Below, in pieces: positions 1 through 7,664 of a DNA stretch of 64,000 bases; within the stretch, counting starts at the first letter, position 1, and each line of letters opens with the position of its first letter. The stretch covers positions 2,930 through 66,929 of the forward strand of contig JBNKTL010000009.1 in assembly GCA_050298055.1 (NCBI GenBank), read 5' to 3'. This DNA comes from Spirochaetota bacterium. Its GTDB lineage: Bacteria; Spirochaetota; UBA4802; UBA5550. A model generated the notes under the pieces. That model was not told where the DNA came from and searched no databases. It saw nothing but the letters and a program-made list of their open reading frames with translations. The translations under genes and the position numbers were made by a program.

Positions 1-25
1 AATTGTCCTGATCGCGTCAATTAAG

Positions 26-1279
26 ATGGCGTTCAGATTATATTACGCGAAGAAACGTGAAATTGAAAATGAGAAAGCCCTGGTCCGAAACCGCTATCTC
101 CTTTCGGAAGCGGCCCGCCTGTCGGGTCTCGGTACCTGGGAGCTGCATTTCCCGGAACAGGATTGTTTTTTATCCGAGAGGTTTATTCAGATCCACGGGA
201 TAAAAGAGACTCAGATCACCCTTAACGGCCTTTTGGGACTTTTCCATCCGGATGACAGTGAAAGGGTCAGAGCAATTGTGCAAAACGCAATGGAAAAAAT
301 CACGGATTTTGAGTTTGAGGCCCGCATCGCAAAACAGGATGACGGAAATATCCGATGGGTCCACTGGACGGGAACTGTTGTGGCCGGTGATGACGGAAGC
401 CTCTCCAGAATATACGGGGCCACCCGTGACATTACGCGCAGAAAAGAGATCGAGGATGAGCTCAGGAATGAAAAGGATGAGCTGGATGTTATCTATAAGA
501 ACACACCGGTGGTTATGCTTCTTTTAAATAGTGATGCCAGTGTAAGGAAGGCGAACACCTATGCGTCAGATTTTACTGGTATACCTCACAACCAGTTAAT
601 AGGGAAAAGGGGAGGTGAAATATTGCACTGTATCGAGCATATCAATGCTCCCGATGGATGCGGATATGGCCCCCATTGTATGGAGTGCAATCTCAGGGGG
701 GCCATTACGGATACAATAAAAAACGGGACCGGTTATGTTAAAGCGGAAATACCCATAATATCAAAAGAAGGTAATGAGTTTCGGGAAATCACCCTGAGAG
801 TATCAACCTCGGTTCTCAGGCACAGGGGTGAAGATCTCTGCCTGGCCGCAATTGAAGATATAACAGAAATGAAAGCAGCGGAGAGGGCTATCAGGGAAAG
901 CGAAGAAAAACAAAATTCATTTTATCATAACATTCCCGTAATATCTCACTATGTGGATGAAGAGGGGACTATAATTGATGTCACCGATAGCTGGCTCAGT
1001 GAGTTCGGATATGAGAGGGAAGAAGTTATTGGAAAAAAATCTGTGGATTTTTTATCCGGGGAATCGAGAAAATATGTTATTGAAAAGGCTTTCCCGGAAC
1101 ATCTTGAAAAGGGGATTACCGATTATCTGCCTCTGCAATTTGTGAAAAAGAACGGTGAAATCATCGATACACTCCTTTCCGCAAGGGCAGAATATGACCG
1201 GGAGGGAAAATATCTCCATTCCGTGGCTATTCTGATAAACATTGCGGAGATCAACCGTGATGCCGTACCTGTGAGCTAA
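26..1279 (+). CDS. PAS/PAC-repeat sensor protein with no recognisable output domain (5' end may lie outside the window)
   Basis: 417-aa ORF with three PAS-like units ending in PAC-type motifs (YGATRDITRRKEIE, AAIEDITEMKAAE). The frame stays open back to nt 2, so ATG-26 may be internal. No HisKA, HATPase or GGDEF part before the stop. Confidence 0.7.
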   Translation: MAFRLYYAKKREIENEKALVRNRYLLSEAARLSGLGTWELHFPEQDCFLSERFIQIHGIKETQITLNGLLGLFHPDDSERVRAIVQNAMEKITDFEFEARIAKQDDGNIRWVHWTGTVVAGDDGSLSRIYGATRDITRRKEIEDELRNEKDELDVIYKNTPVVMLLLNSDASVRKANTYASDFTGIPHNQLIGKRGGEILHCIEHINAPDGCGYGPHCMECNLRGAITDTIKNGTGYVKAEIPIISKEGNEFREITLRVSTSVLRHRGEDLCLAAIEDITEMKAAERAIRESEEKQNSFYHNIPVISHYVDEEGTIIDVTDSWLSEFGYEREEVIGKKSVDFLSGESRKYVIEKAFPEHLEKGITDYLPLQFVKKNGEIIDTLLSARAEYDREGKYLHSVAILINIAEINRDAVPVS

Positions 1280-1341
1280 AAAATTATTTACAAACATCCT
1301 GCCTTCCAACAGAGTAACCTGAAACAATAAGTAGGGGAAAT

Positions 1342-2796
1342 ATGTCAAAAGTTGTAATTCTGGGGGGAGGGGTGGCCGGTCATACGGCGGCGCTTTTTGT
1401 CCGAAAATACCTGAAGAAAAAACACCAGGTGGTCGTGGTAACGCCCAACAGCAGGTGGAACTGGATCCCGTCCAATATATGGGTGGGTGTGGGCTCCATG
1501 ACAGATAAGGACGTAACCTTTGAACTGGCGCCGGTTTATAAAAAGAAGGGCATTCTCTATAAGCAGGCGAAAGCGGTGAGCATTCATCCTGAGGGAGGAA
1601 ACGGAAAAAACGAAGGGTTTGTCACTGTGGAGTATACCTCTCCCGAAAGGAAGGGTGAAAAGGAGGAGATCAGATACGACTACCTGGTAAACGCCACGGG
1701 CCCCCGGCTTAACTTCGGGGCCACACCCGGACTGGGTCCCGGTAAAAACAGTCTCTCTGTCTGTACGGCATCTCATGCCATGCGCTCCAATGAAAAATTC
1801 AGGGAAACCCTTGAGAAATTGAAACAGGGTATCCATCAGCGGTTCCTTATCGGTGTGGGTCATGGACTCTGCACGTGCCAGGGCGCTGCTTTCGAATATT
1901 TGTTCAACATCGAGTATGAGCTGCGAAAGAGGGGCCTCCGGGAGAATGCCACCCTGACATACATTACCAACGAAAGCAACCTGGGGGATTTCGGGATAGG
2001 CGGAATGCACATCCGGATGGGGGGATATGTTACCCATAGTAAAATATTTACAGAGTCCCTCTTCACCGAAAGGGGGATCCACTGGATAACCGGCGCCCAT
2101 GTAAAACGGGTGGACCCGGGCCGCGTGATTTTTGAACTGCTGAACGGGACATACAATTCCGTGGAATTCGATTTTGCCATGCTGATCCCTCCCTTCGCAG
2201 GGGCGGAAATGAAGGGGTATGATAAAAATGGCGGGGAGATCACCGAAAAGCTCTTTCTTCCCAACGGTTTCATGCGGGTTGACGCGGATTATACCCCGAA
2301 GCCCTTTGATGAATGGAAAGCGTCCGACTGGCCGCGGACATATCAGAACCCACACTGGAAAAATATTTTTGCCGCGGGTATAGCCTTTGCTCCCCCTCAT
2401 CCCATTTCCCGGCCGCTCAAAAGTGTCAACGGGACCCCCATCAGTCCCACGTCTCCCCGTACGGGAATGCCCGCCGCCATGATCGGTAAAGCCGTGGCTT
2501 TAAGCATTGCCGACATGATCAAAGGGGGGAGTAACCCCACCCATACGGCGTCTATGACGGAGATCGGTGCCGCATGTGTGGCTTCCGCGGGTGCAAGTCT
2601 CACGGGAGGAACGGCTGCTTCGATGACCATGTATCCCGTGGTTCCCGACTTTGACAGGTTCCCCGAATATGGAAGGGACCTGGCATACTCCTTTGGAGAA
2701 CTGGGACTGGCAGGGCACTGGATCAAGACTTTTCTGCATCACCTGTTTCTCTATAAAGCAAAAGCATATCCCGGCTGGTCATTTATTCCGGAATAA
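1342..2796 (+). CDS. FAD-dependent pyridine nucleotide-disulfide oxidoreductase, sulfide:quinone oxidoreductase-like
   Basis: N-terminal Rossmann motif VVILGGGVAGHTAA; SQR-like segments GHGLCTCQGAAFEY and NIFAAGIAFAPP; SD-like GTAGGGGAAA 4 nt upstream of the ATG. Subfamily (SQR, FCSD or NDH-2-like) cannot be resolved by eye. Confidence 0.65.
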   Translation: MSKVVILGGGVAGHTAALFVRKYLKKKHQVVVVTPNSRWNWIPSNIWVGVGSMTDKDVTFELAPVYKKKGILYKQAKAVSIHPEGGNGKNEGFVTVEYTSPERKGEKEEIRYDYLVNATGPRLNFGATPGLGPGKNSLSVCTASHAMRSNEKFRETLEKLKQGIHQRFLIGVGHGLCTCQGAAFEYLFNIEYELRKRGLRENATLTYITNESNLGDFGIGGMHIRMGGYVTHSKIFTESLFTERGIHWITGAHVKRVDPGRVIFELLNGTYNSVEFDFAMLIPPFAGAEMKGYDKNGGEITEKLFLPNGFMRVDADYTPKPFDEWKASDWPRTYQNPHWKNIFAAGIAFAPPHPISRPLKSVNGTPISPTSPRTGMPAAMIGKAVALSIADMIKGGSNPTHTASMTEIGAACVASAGASLTGGTAASMTMYPVVPDFDRFPEYGRDLAYSFGELGLAGHWIKTFLHHLFLYKAKAYPGWSFIPE

Positions 2797-3047
2797 AAAT
2801 TTTTAACAGGTAATAAAAATGACACAAAAAATCAGGGTTAAAAAAATTAAAATGGAGGGAGTGAACAGGATTGATCCTCATGCGGATACCTTTTTTCCTC
2901 CGGTCCCCACCCGGTTTACCCGCTGGAAGCGCAGGAGCCTGCCCTGGCAATTCTTCCGGTTTCTCTTCATCAACCTGAAAATGATCCAGATGATTCGAAA
3001 GTCTCATCACTGAGGAGGTTTCCTCATCTATCCAGGGGAAGTAAAAG

Positions 3048-3929
3048 ATGCCGGTTTTTACTGACATAAAGATGAAATTACGGGGAAAAGGAGTTATTGC
3101 TTTTCTTGTTATGGCGATCCCGGTTGCATTGTTCGCAGAGGACAAGACCATCATTGATCTGTCAATGGAACAGATTGAAGAGATTGGCAAAGGGATCGGT
3201 GAGATCATAGATTATAACAGGGAAAACAATTCTCAGTCGGGATTTTCCACTCATAAACCGAATTACCTGCTCCCGTTAACATTTTCAAGCTACACGGAAA
3301 ACAGGAAAAAGAACGAGGTAAAGTTCCAGTTCAGTGTCAAGCAGAGGTTTCTCAGGTTTTATGGATGGGCGTGGTTCCTGGGCTACACCCAGAAGTCATT
3401 CTGGCAGGCGTTTGATATGAAGGATTCCCGGCCTTTCAGGGAGAACAATTTCAACCCGGAAACTTTTATCAGGACAAAGATGTGGAACGGGGTGCGGTTT
3501 GACGCGGGTATTGATCATGAATCCAATGGCGAGAGGGAAGGTTTATCCAGAAGCTGGAACAGGAGTTACTTTACAACATATTATGAGAACAGGTATATTA
3601 TAACTTCTCTCAAGCTCTGGTACAGGTTTGATGAGAGGGAGAAAGAATATCCCGGCGATACAGAGGGTGATGATAATCCGGATATTCATAAATACCTCGG
3701 GTATGGGGAGTTTTCCCTTGCATTTAAAGCCAGTGATCTCTACATCGCATCCCTGTTCAGGTATAACCCGGTTTATAAAAGGGGCTGCTACAATCTTGAA
3801 CTCAGTTTTCCCATGTATACCAACAGCATGTACTACTTTGTGCAGTACTGGGATGGTTATGGTGAGAGCCTTATCGATTATAATATCTATCAGCGTAAGA
3901 TCGGGTTCGGATTCATGTTTACGCGGTAG
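3048..3929 (+). CDS. pldA: outer-membrane phospholipase A (OMPLA)
   Basis: Catalytic block GIDHESNGEREGLSRSWNRSY matches the OMPLA HxSNG...SRSWNR signature. Signal peptide present and C-terminal aromatic beta-barrel end (FGFMFTR). The start could instead be the internal Met at 3072. Confidence 0.85.
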   Translation: MPVFTDIKMKLRGKGVIAFLVMAIPVALFAEDKTIIDLSMEQIEEIGKGIGEIIDYNRENNSQSGFSTHKPNYLLPLTFSSYTENRKKNEVKFQFSVKQRFLRFYGWAWFLGYTQKSFWQAFDMKDSRPFRENNFNPETFIRTKMWNGVRFDAGIDHESNGEREGLSRSWNRSYFTTYYENRYIITSLKLWYRFDEREKEYPGDTEGDDNPDIHKYLGYGEFSLAFKASDLYIASLFRYNPVYKRGCYNLELSFPMYTNSMYYFVQYWDGYGESLIDYNIYQRKIGFGFMFTR

Positions 3930-4165
3930 TTCCCCATTATAAAAATCTTCTGAAGTACAATTTACCGCATTTTAAAAACAGAAAGCAGTGAATCATTAAA
4001 GCGGCAAATCACTCGGGGATCACAGCAGATGCCCATCGAGTGATCCTGCATCTCTGAATATCGTTTCCTGGTATTCCAATATTTAAATCCCATAAAAAAT
4101 AATACTAAAAACAGTATCAGAGCTCATCCCGGAAATACAAGCGCACTAAAAAACTGAAAAAGTAC

Positions 4166-4206
4166 TTGACTTTATATATAATTACTATATATTAATCCTA
4201 TATAAT
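4166..4206 (+). promoter_or_regulatory. putative sigma70-type promoter region in an AT-rich, partly palindromic tract upstream of the TetR gene
   Basis: TTGACT (4166-4171), 16 nt, TATATT (4188-4193), plus a second TATAAT at 4201-4206. The ATATA-ATTAC-TATAT tract could be an operator, but AT-rich sequence gives weak specificity. Confidence 0.25.
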
Positions 4207-4248
4207 TTGATTTTAATGAATAGCAAATATTTTTAGGTAAATATCACT

Positions 4249-5010
4249 ATGAAGGTATCACAGGAGAAAAAAAAGGAGATAAGAAGAAAGCTCATTGATG
4301 CGGCAGTTGAGCTTTTTATCGAAAAGGGCTTTTCCTCGGCAACCATGCGGGAGATTTCAACCGGGGCAGGTTTCGGTACGGCCACAATATATAACTACTT
4401 TCCCAATAAGGAGAAGATCCTTTACGCGTATTTTTATGAGAAACAGCAGGAAGTCAACCAGTCGCTGGATAAAATACCTGATTATAATAATTTTCATTTA
4501 AAAGAAAAGCTTCAAATTCAGCTTGAGACCCTTCTGGAAGCATACCTTGCTGAAAGGGAATTTGTCCGGGAGGCCTTTAAACTGGTTTTTGATTCTCCCT
4601 TAAAAACATTTACGGAATTTCAGCCTGTAAAAAAAATATTTACGAAAACCGTTGAAGCGGCTTTTAATTCCGCCGTTGAAAACAATGAAATACCGGAACA
4701 GCCTTTTCAAAAATTTCTTGTGAACCTCTACTGGGACTATACCAGTCTTATCATTCTCTACTGGATGCGTGATGATTCCGAAGGTTTTACTCATACAAGC
4801 CGTATCATAGATATGAGCCTGGAGATAATCGTTGAAGTTTTAAAAAGCGGGCTTGTTACAAAGGGGGCTGATATCCTCTCCTTCCTTTTCAGGAGTCACG
4901 TTTATAACAATGTGGAAAAACTCAGTGCGCTCTTTGATAATGCGAAATTGTTCCGGGAGCAGTTTAAGAGTTCACTGAAAAAAGAGACCGGGCCCGAGGG
5001 CAGTGGATAA
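4249..5010 (+). CDS. TetR/AcrR-family transcriptional regulator
   Basis: N-terminal HTH KKKEIRRKLIDAAVELFIEKGFSSATMREISTGAGFGTATIYNYFPNKEKIL is the classical TetR_N pattern. Confidence 0.85.
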   Translation: MKVSQEKKKEIRRKLIDAAVELFIEKGFSSATMREISTGAGFGTATIYNYFPNKEKILYAYFYEKQQEVNQSLDKIPDYNNFHLKEKLQIQLETLLEAYLAEREFVREAFKLVFDSPLKTFTEFQPVKKIFTKTVEAAFNSAVENNEIPEQPFQKFLVNLYWDYTSLIILYWMRDDSEGFTHTSRIIDMSLEIIVEVLKSGLVTKGADILSFLFRSHVYNNVEKLSALFDNAKLFREQFKSSLKKETGPEGSG

Positions 5011-6305
5011 TGGAAAACAGGAAGGAGATACCCGAAGGGAAAATAAAAAGGGGAGGGCTTATCGGCCTGACCGCTACCAGGGTCGGAATGAAAAAAATCG
5101 GGCACATTGCCAGAGAGCCCTTTGTGCCTGAAGAGAAGAAAAGGGCGCTTGCGGAACAGAACAATGAGGAGATTGCGGGACTTATTTTCAGGACATTAAG
5201 CAGTCTGAGGGGGACAGCCCTGAAGGTTGCGCAGATGGCCTCCCTTGAAATGGAAATGATACCGGAACCCTACAGGAGGGAACTGGGAAAAGCAGCCAGC
5301 CGTGTACCCCCCATAAACAGGGCCCTTATCAGAAAGGTCGTTACCACACAGTTCGGCACGCAGCCGGAGAATATCTTTCAGCAATTTGAGTCCACGCCCT
5401 TTGCTGCTGCCAGCCTGGGACAGGTACACAGGGCCGTATCAAAGGAGGGCGAGGAACTCGCGGTGAAAGTGCAGTATCCCGGGATCGCGGCCTGTGTGAG
5501 GAGCGATATTGAGATGCTGAAACTCCTGCTGAAGCCCACCAGGTATTTTAAGATTTTCAGATACTGTTTTGATGAGGTTGAAGAAAAGGTCCTGGAAGAA
5601 CTGGATTACCTGAATGAAGCGGAAAACACAGCCTGGTTTAAGGAAAACCTGAAGATCAAAAAAATTTCAGTCCCGAAAGTCTACCCTGAACTCTCCACGG
5701 GAAATGTACTGACAACCTCACTCCTCAAAGGAATGCACCTTGATGAGTGGCTTGAAACAGGCCCTTCGCAGGAGGAGAGGGACCGCTACGGTCAGCTTCT
5801 TGTTGACCTGTTTCACTCCATGGCATTTGATTTAAAGGCCATTCACGCTGATCCAAACCCGGGTAACTATCTCTTCATGGAGAAAGGAGAGCTGGGTATC
5901 CTGGATTTCGGCTGTATCAAAAGACTGGATGAAAAACTCCTGGGTGGAATTATCTCCATTTATCGGAACGAGAACAACAGAGAAATCGGAAGGCTGGAAG
6001 AAATCTGCGGAAGCATAGGGATCTTTTACAGGGAAAGTTCTAAAAACTCCCGTTTCGGAGAATTCATCAGAGAGTGGATTGAATGGATAACAAGACCCCG
6101 GAGGAGGGAATGGTTCGATTTCTCAAAGGAGACAGACTACTTTAATGAAGGCTTGAGTAAAATCAGGGAATTTTACAGTTACATAAATCACTTTGACGGC
6201 GCATTCACCTATTTTGGAAGGACGGAATACGGTCTTTTTCGCCTTCTCCAGTCCCTGGGAGCGCGGGTAAGGATGGGATTGGACCGGGCCGGACAGGTCT
6301 CATGA
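5010..6305 (+). CDS. ABC1/UbiB-family atypical protein kinase
   Basis: ABC1 signature FESTPFAAASLGQVHRA...ELAVKVQYPG and kinase-like IHADPNPGNYLF...LDFG. The start ATG overlaps the TetR stop (TAATG). Confidence 0.8.
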   Translation: MENRKEIPEGKIKRGGLIGLTATRVGMKKIGHIAREPFVPEEKKRALAEQNNEEIAGLIFRTLSSLRGTALKVAQMASLEMEMIPEPYRRELGKAASRVPPINRALIRKVVTTQFGTQPENIFQQFESTPFAAASLGQVHRAVSKEGEELAVKVQYPGIAACVRSDIEMLKLLLKPTRYFKIFRYCFDEVEEKVLEELDYLNEAENTAWFKENLKIKKISVPKVYPELSTGNVLTTSLLKGMHLDEWLETGPSQEERDRYGQLLVDLFHSMAFDLKAIHADPNPGNYLFMEKGELGILDFGCIKRLDEKLLGGIISIYRNENNREIGRLEEICGSIGIFYRESSKNSRFGEFIREWIEWITRPRRREWFDFSKETDYFNEGLSKIREFYSYINHFDGAFTYFGRTEYGLFRLLQSLGARVRMGLDRAGQVS

Positions 6306-6345
6306 TAACGAAATATTTTACCTGAGAATTTAAGGAGGCAAAAAT

Positions 6346-6840
6346 ATGAAAATTGAAGAGAAAAACTGGGAAAATATTAAAAAGCTTTTTTTCAAAGCTA
6401 TTCGGACTACAGGCCACTTCTCCTTTGCCACAACCGGTAAAGACGGGATGCCGCATGTAACGCCCATAGGATCCCTTTTTTTAACAGATTTCTGCAGAGG
6501 GTTTTATTTTGAAGAATATGTGGCACAGATGGCAAAAAACCTGAAGGATAACCGGAAAATCTGTGTAATGGCTGTTAACGGCAGTAATCTGGCTTTTCTC
6601 AGGGCATTGATAAGAGGGAGGACAGATGGACCTGTCTCTATCCGTTTAACCGGGAGGGTTGGTGATAAAAGAGAAGCGACAAAAAGGGAACAGGAAAAAT
6701 TTTTAAAAATTGTTAAGCCTTTTCGCTGGACCAGGGGATATAAAGTGATCTGGAAAAATTTGAGATATGTGAGAGATATTCACTTTGATTCATTTGAACC
6801 GGTAAAGATAGGGGCCTTTACATCGAAACAGAAGGTATGA
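6346..6840 (+). CDS. pyridoxamine 5'-phosphate oxidase-family (split-barrel flavin-binding) protein
   Basis: 164 aa; the segment GHFSFATTGKDGMPHVTPIGSLF resembles the PNPOx-like split-barrel N-terminus; SD AAGGAGG upstream. Confidence 0.55.
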   Translation: MKIEEKNWENIKKLFFKAIRTTGHFSFATTGKDGMPHVTPIGSLFLTDFCRGFYFEEYVAQMAKNLKDNRKICVMAVNGSNLAFLRALIRGRTDGPVSIRLTGRVGDKREATKREQEKFLKIVKPFRWTRGYKVIWKNLRYVRDIHFDSFEPVKIGAFTSKQKV

Positions 6841-6846
6841 ATTTTG

Positions 6847-7254
6847 ATGATTACATTTAAAAAATTAAACATGATAAATTTTGCCGTATGCACTATTCTT
6901 TTCCTGTTACTCCTGGTTTTCCCCGAATCGATATTTTTTCTGTTTGATGTAAAAGGAAATGAAGCTGCATTCTTTATTTGCCGGAGAGCAGCCATGCTTT
7001 TTGGAGGTTATGCCATCATCAGCTTTTTTACCAGGGACCTTCCGGCTTCAAAAATCAGGCAGGCTCTGTCCCTGGGATTCGGGTTTTCAATGTCAGGTTT
7101 TGCCCTGATGGGGACAGTGGAATTCATCAGGGGTTTTGCGGGAGGGGGTATCTTTATTACTGTTGCAGGTGAGCTTTTCCTGTCGGTATCTTATTGTTAC
7201 ATCTGGTTGGGGGAAAAGGCAGCAGGAATATCTGACCCTCAGGCAAGAACTTAG
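6847..7254 (+). CDS. hypothetical 4-TM membrane protein
   Basis: Four hydrophobic segments; follows the preceding stop by 6 nt. The track starts at TTG-6844, with an ATG at 6847. Confidence 0.45.
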   Translation: MITFKKLNMINFAVCTILFLLLLVFPESIFFLFDVKGNEAAFFICRRAAMLFGGYAIISFFTRDLPASKIRQALSLGFGFSMSGFALMGTVEFIRGFAGGGIFITVAGELFLSVSYCYIWLGEKAAGISDPQART

Positions 7255-7277
7255 CGTTCCGCTATCAGGTGAAGTTC

Positions 7278-7661
7278 TTAAAGCGGATTATCCTCTGATA
7301 ACAGTGTTGAAGTGATAATTGCTTCAATTTCTTTTATCCTGATCGGCTTAATAAGGTATGCAGCCGGTTTTAAAGCCATTGCCCGTTCCCTGAGACCCAT
7401 GTCCTGGTACCCTGTTGTGAAGATTATCAGGGCGGATGAAAATTCACTGATTTGCCGTGCCGCTTCAATACCATCGATATCGCCCATCAGGTTGATATCC
7501 ATTAATATAATGTCAGGGTCAGAACTTTTTGCCATTTCTACGACTTCTTTTCCTTCGGCGGCCGTACCGCATACATTGAAAAATGAACGCCGGAGGTTTT
7601 GCTGCAAATCAAGGGCTATGAGAAATTCATCTTCTGCAATAAGAACTTTAAACTCACGCAT
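7278..7661 (-). CDS. stand-alone response-regulator receiver (CheY-like)
   Basis: VLIAEDEFLIALDL...DIILMDINLMGDIDGIEAA...IIFTTGY...YLIKP: acidic pocket, phospho-acceptor Asp, conserved T and K. No output domain. Confidence 0.85.
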   Translation of the reverse strand: MREFKVLIAEDEFLIALDLQQNLRRSFFNVCGTAAEGKEVVEMAKSSDPDIILMDINLMGDIDGIEAARQISEFSSALIIFTTGYQDMGLRERAMALKPAAYLIKPIRIKEIEAIITSTLLSEDNPL

Positions 7662-7664
7662 GGC

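Noticed and set aside
1345-2400. 351-aa ORF antisense to the SQR-like gene, plus other long antisense ORFs such as 27560-28078 in metX and 35573-36079.
   Set aside because: These are shadow ORFs opposite well-supported genes, with low-complexity Gly/Pro/Arg-rich translations and no recognisable motifs.
1342-2796. Impression that the C-terminal redox cysteine of canonical SQRs is replaced (AAGIAFAPP) while a CxC (GLCTCQG) is present.
   Set aside because: I cannot align SQR catalytic cysteines reliably from memory. A structure-based alignment is needed before any claim about altered chemistry.
2819-3013. 64-aa ORF between the SQR-like gene and pldA, and the 141-aa antisense ORF at 2783-3208.
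   Set aside because: There is no SD, no recognisable motif, and the two overlap each other. Either could be chance in a 250-nt intergenic region, so neither is called as a feature.
4005-4045. Overlapping inverted repeats (ATCACTCG...CGAGTGAT and GGATCAC...GTGATCC) about 80 nt downstream of pldA, as a possible terminator or sRNA.
   Set aside because: The stems are short with a long loop and no following T tract. This is not distinguishable from chance without transcript data.
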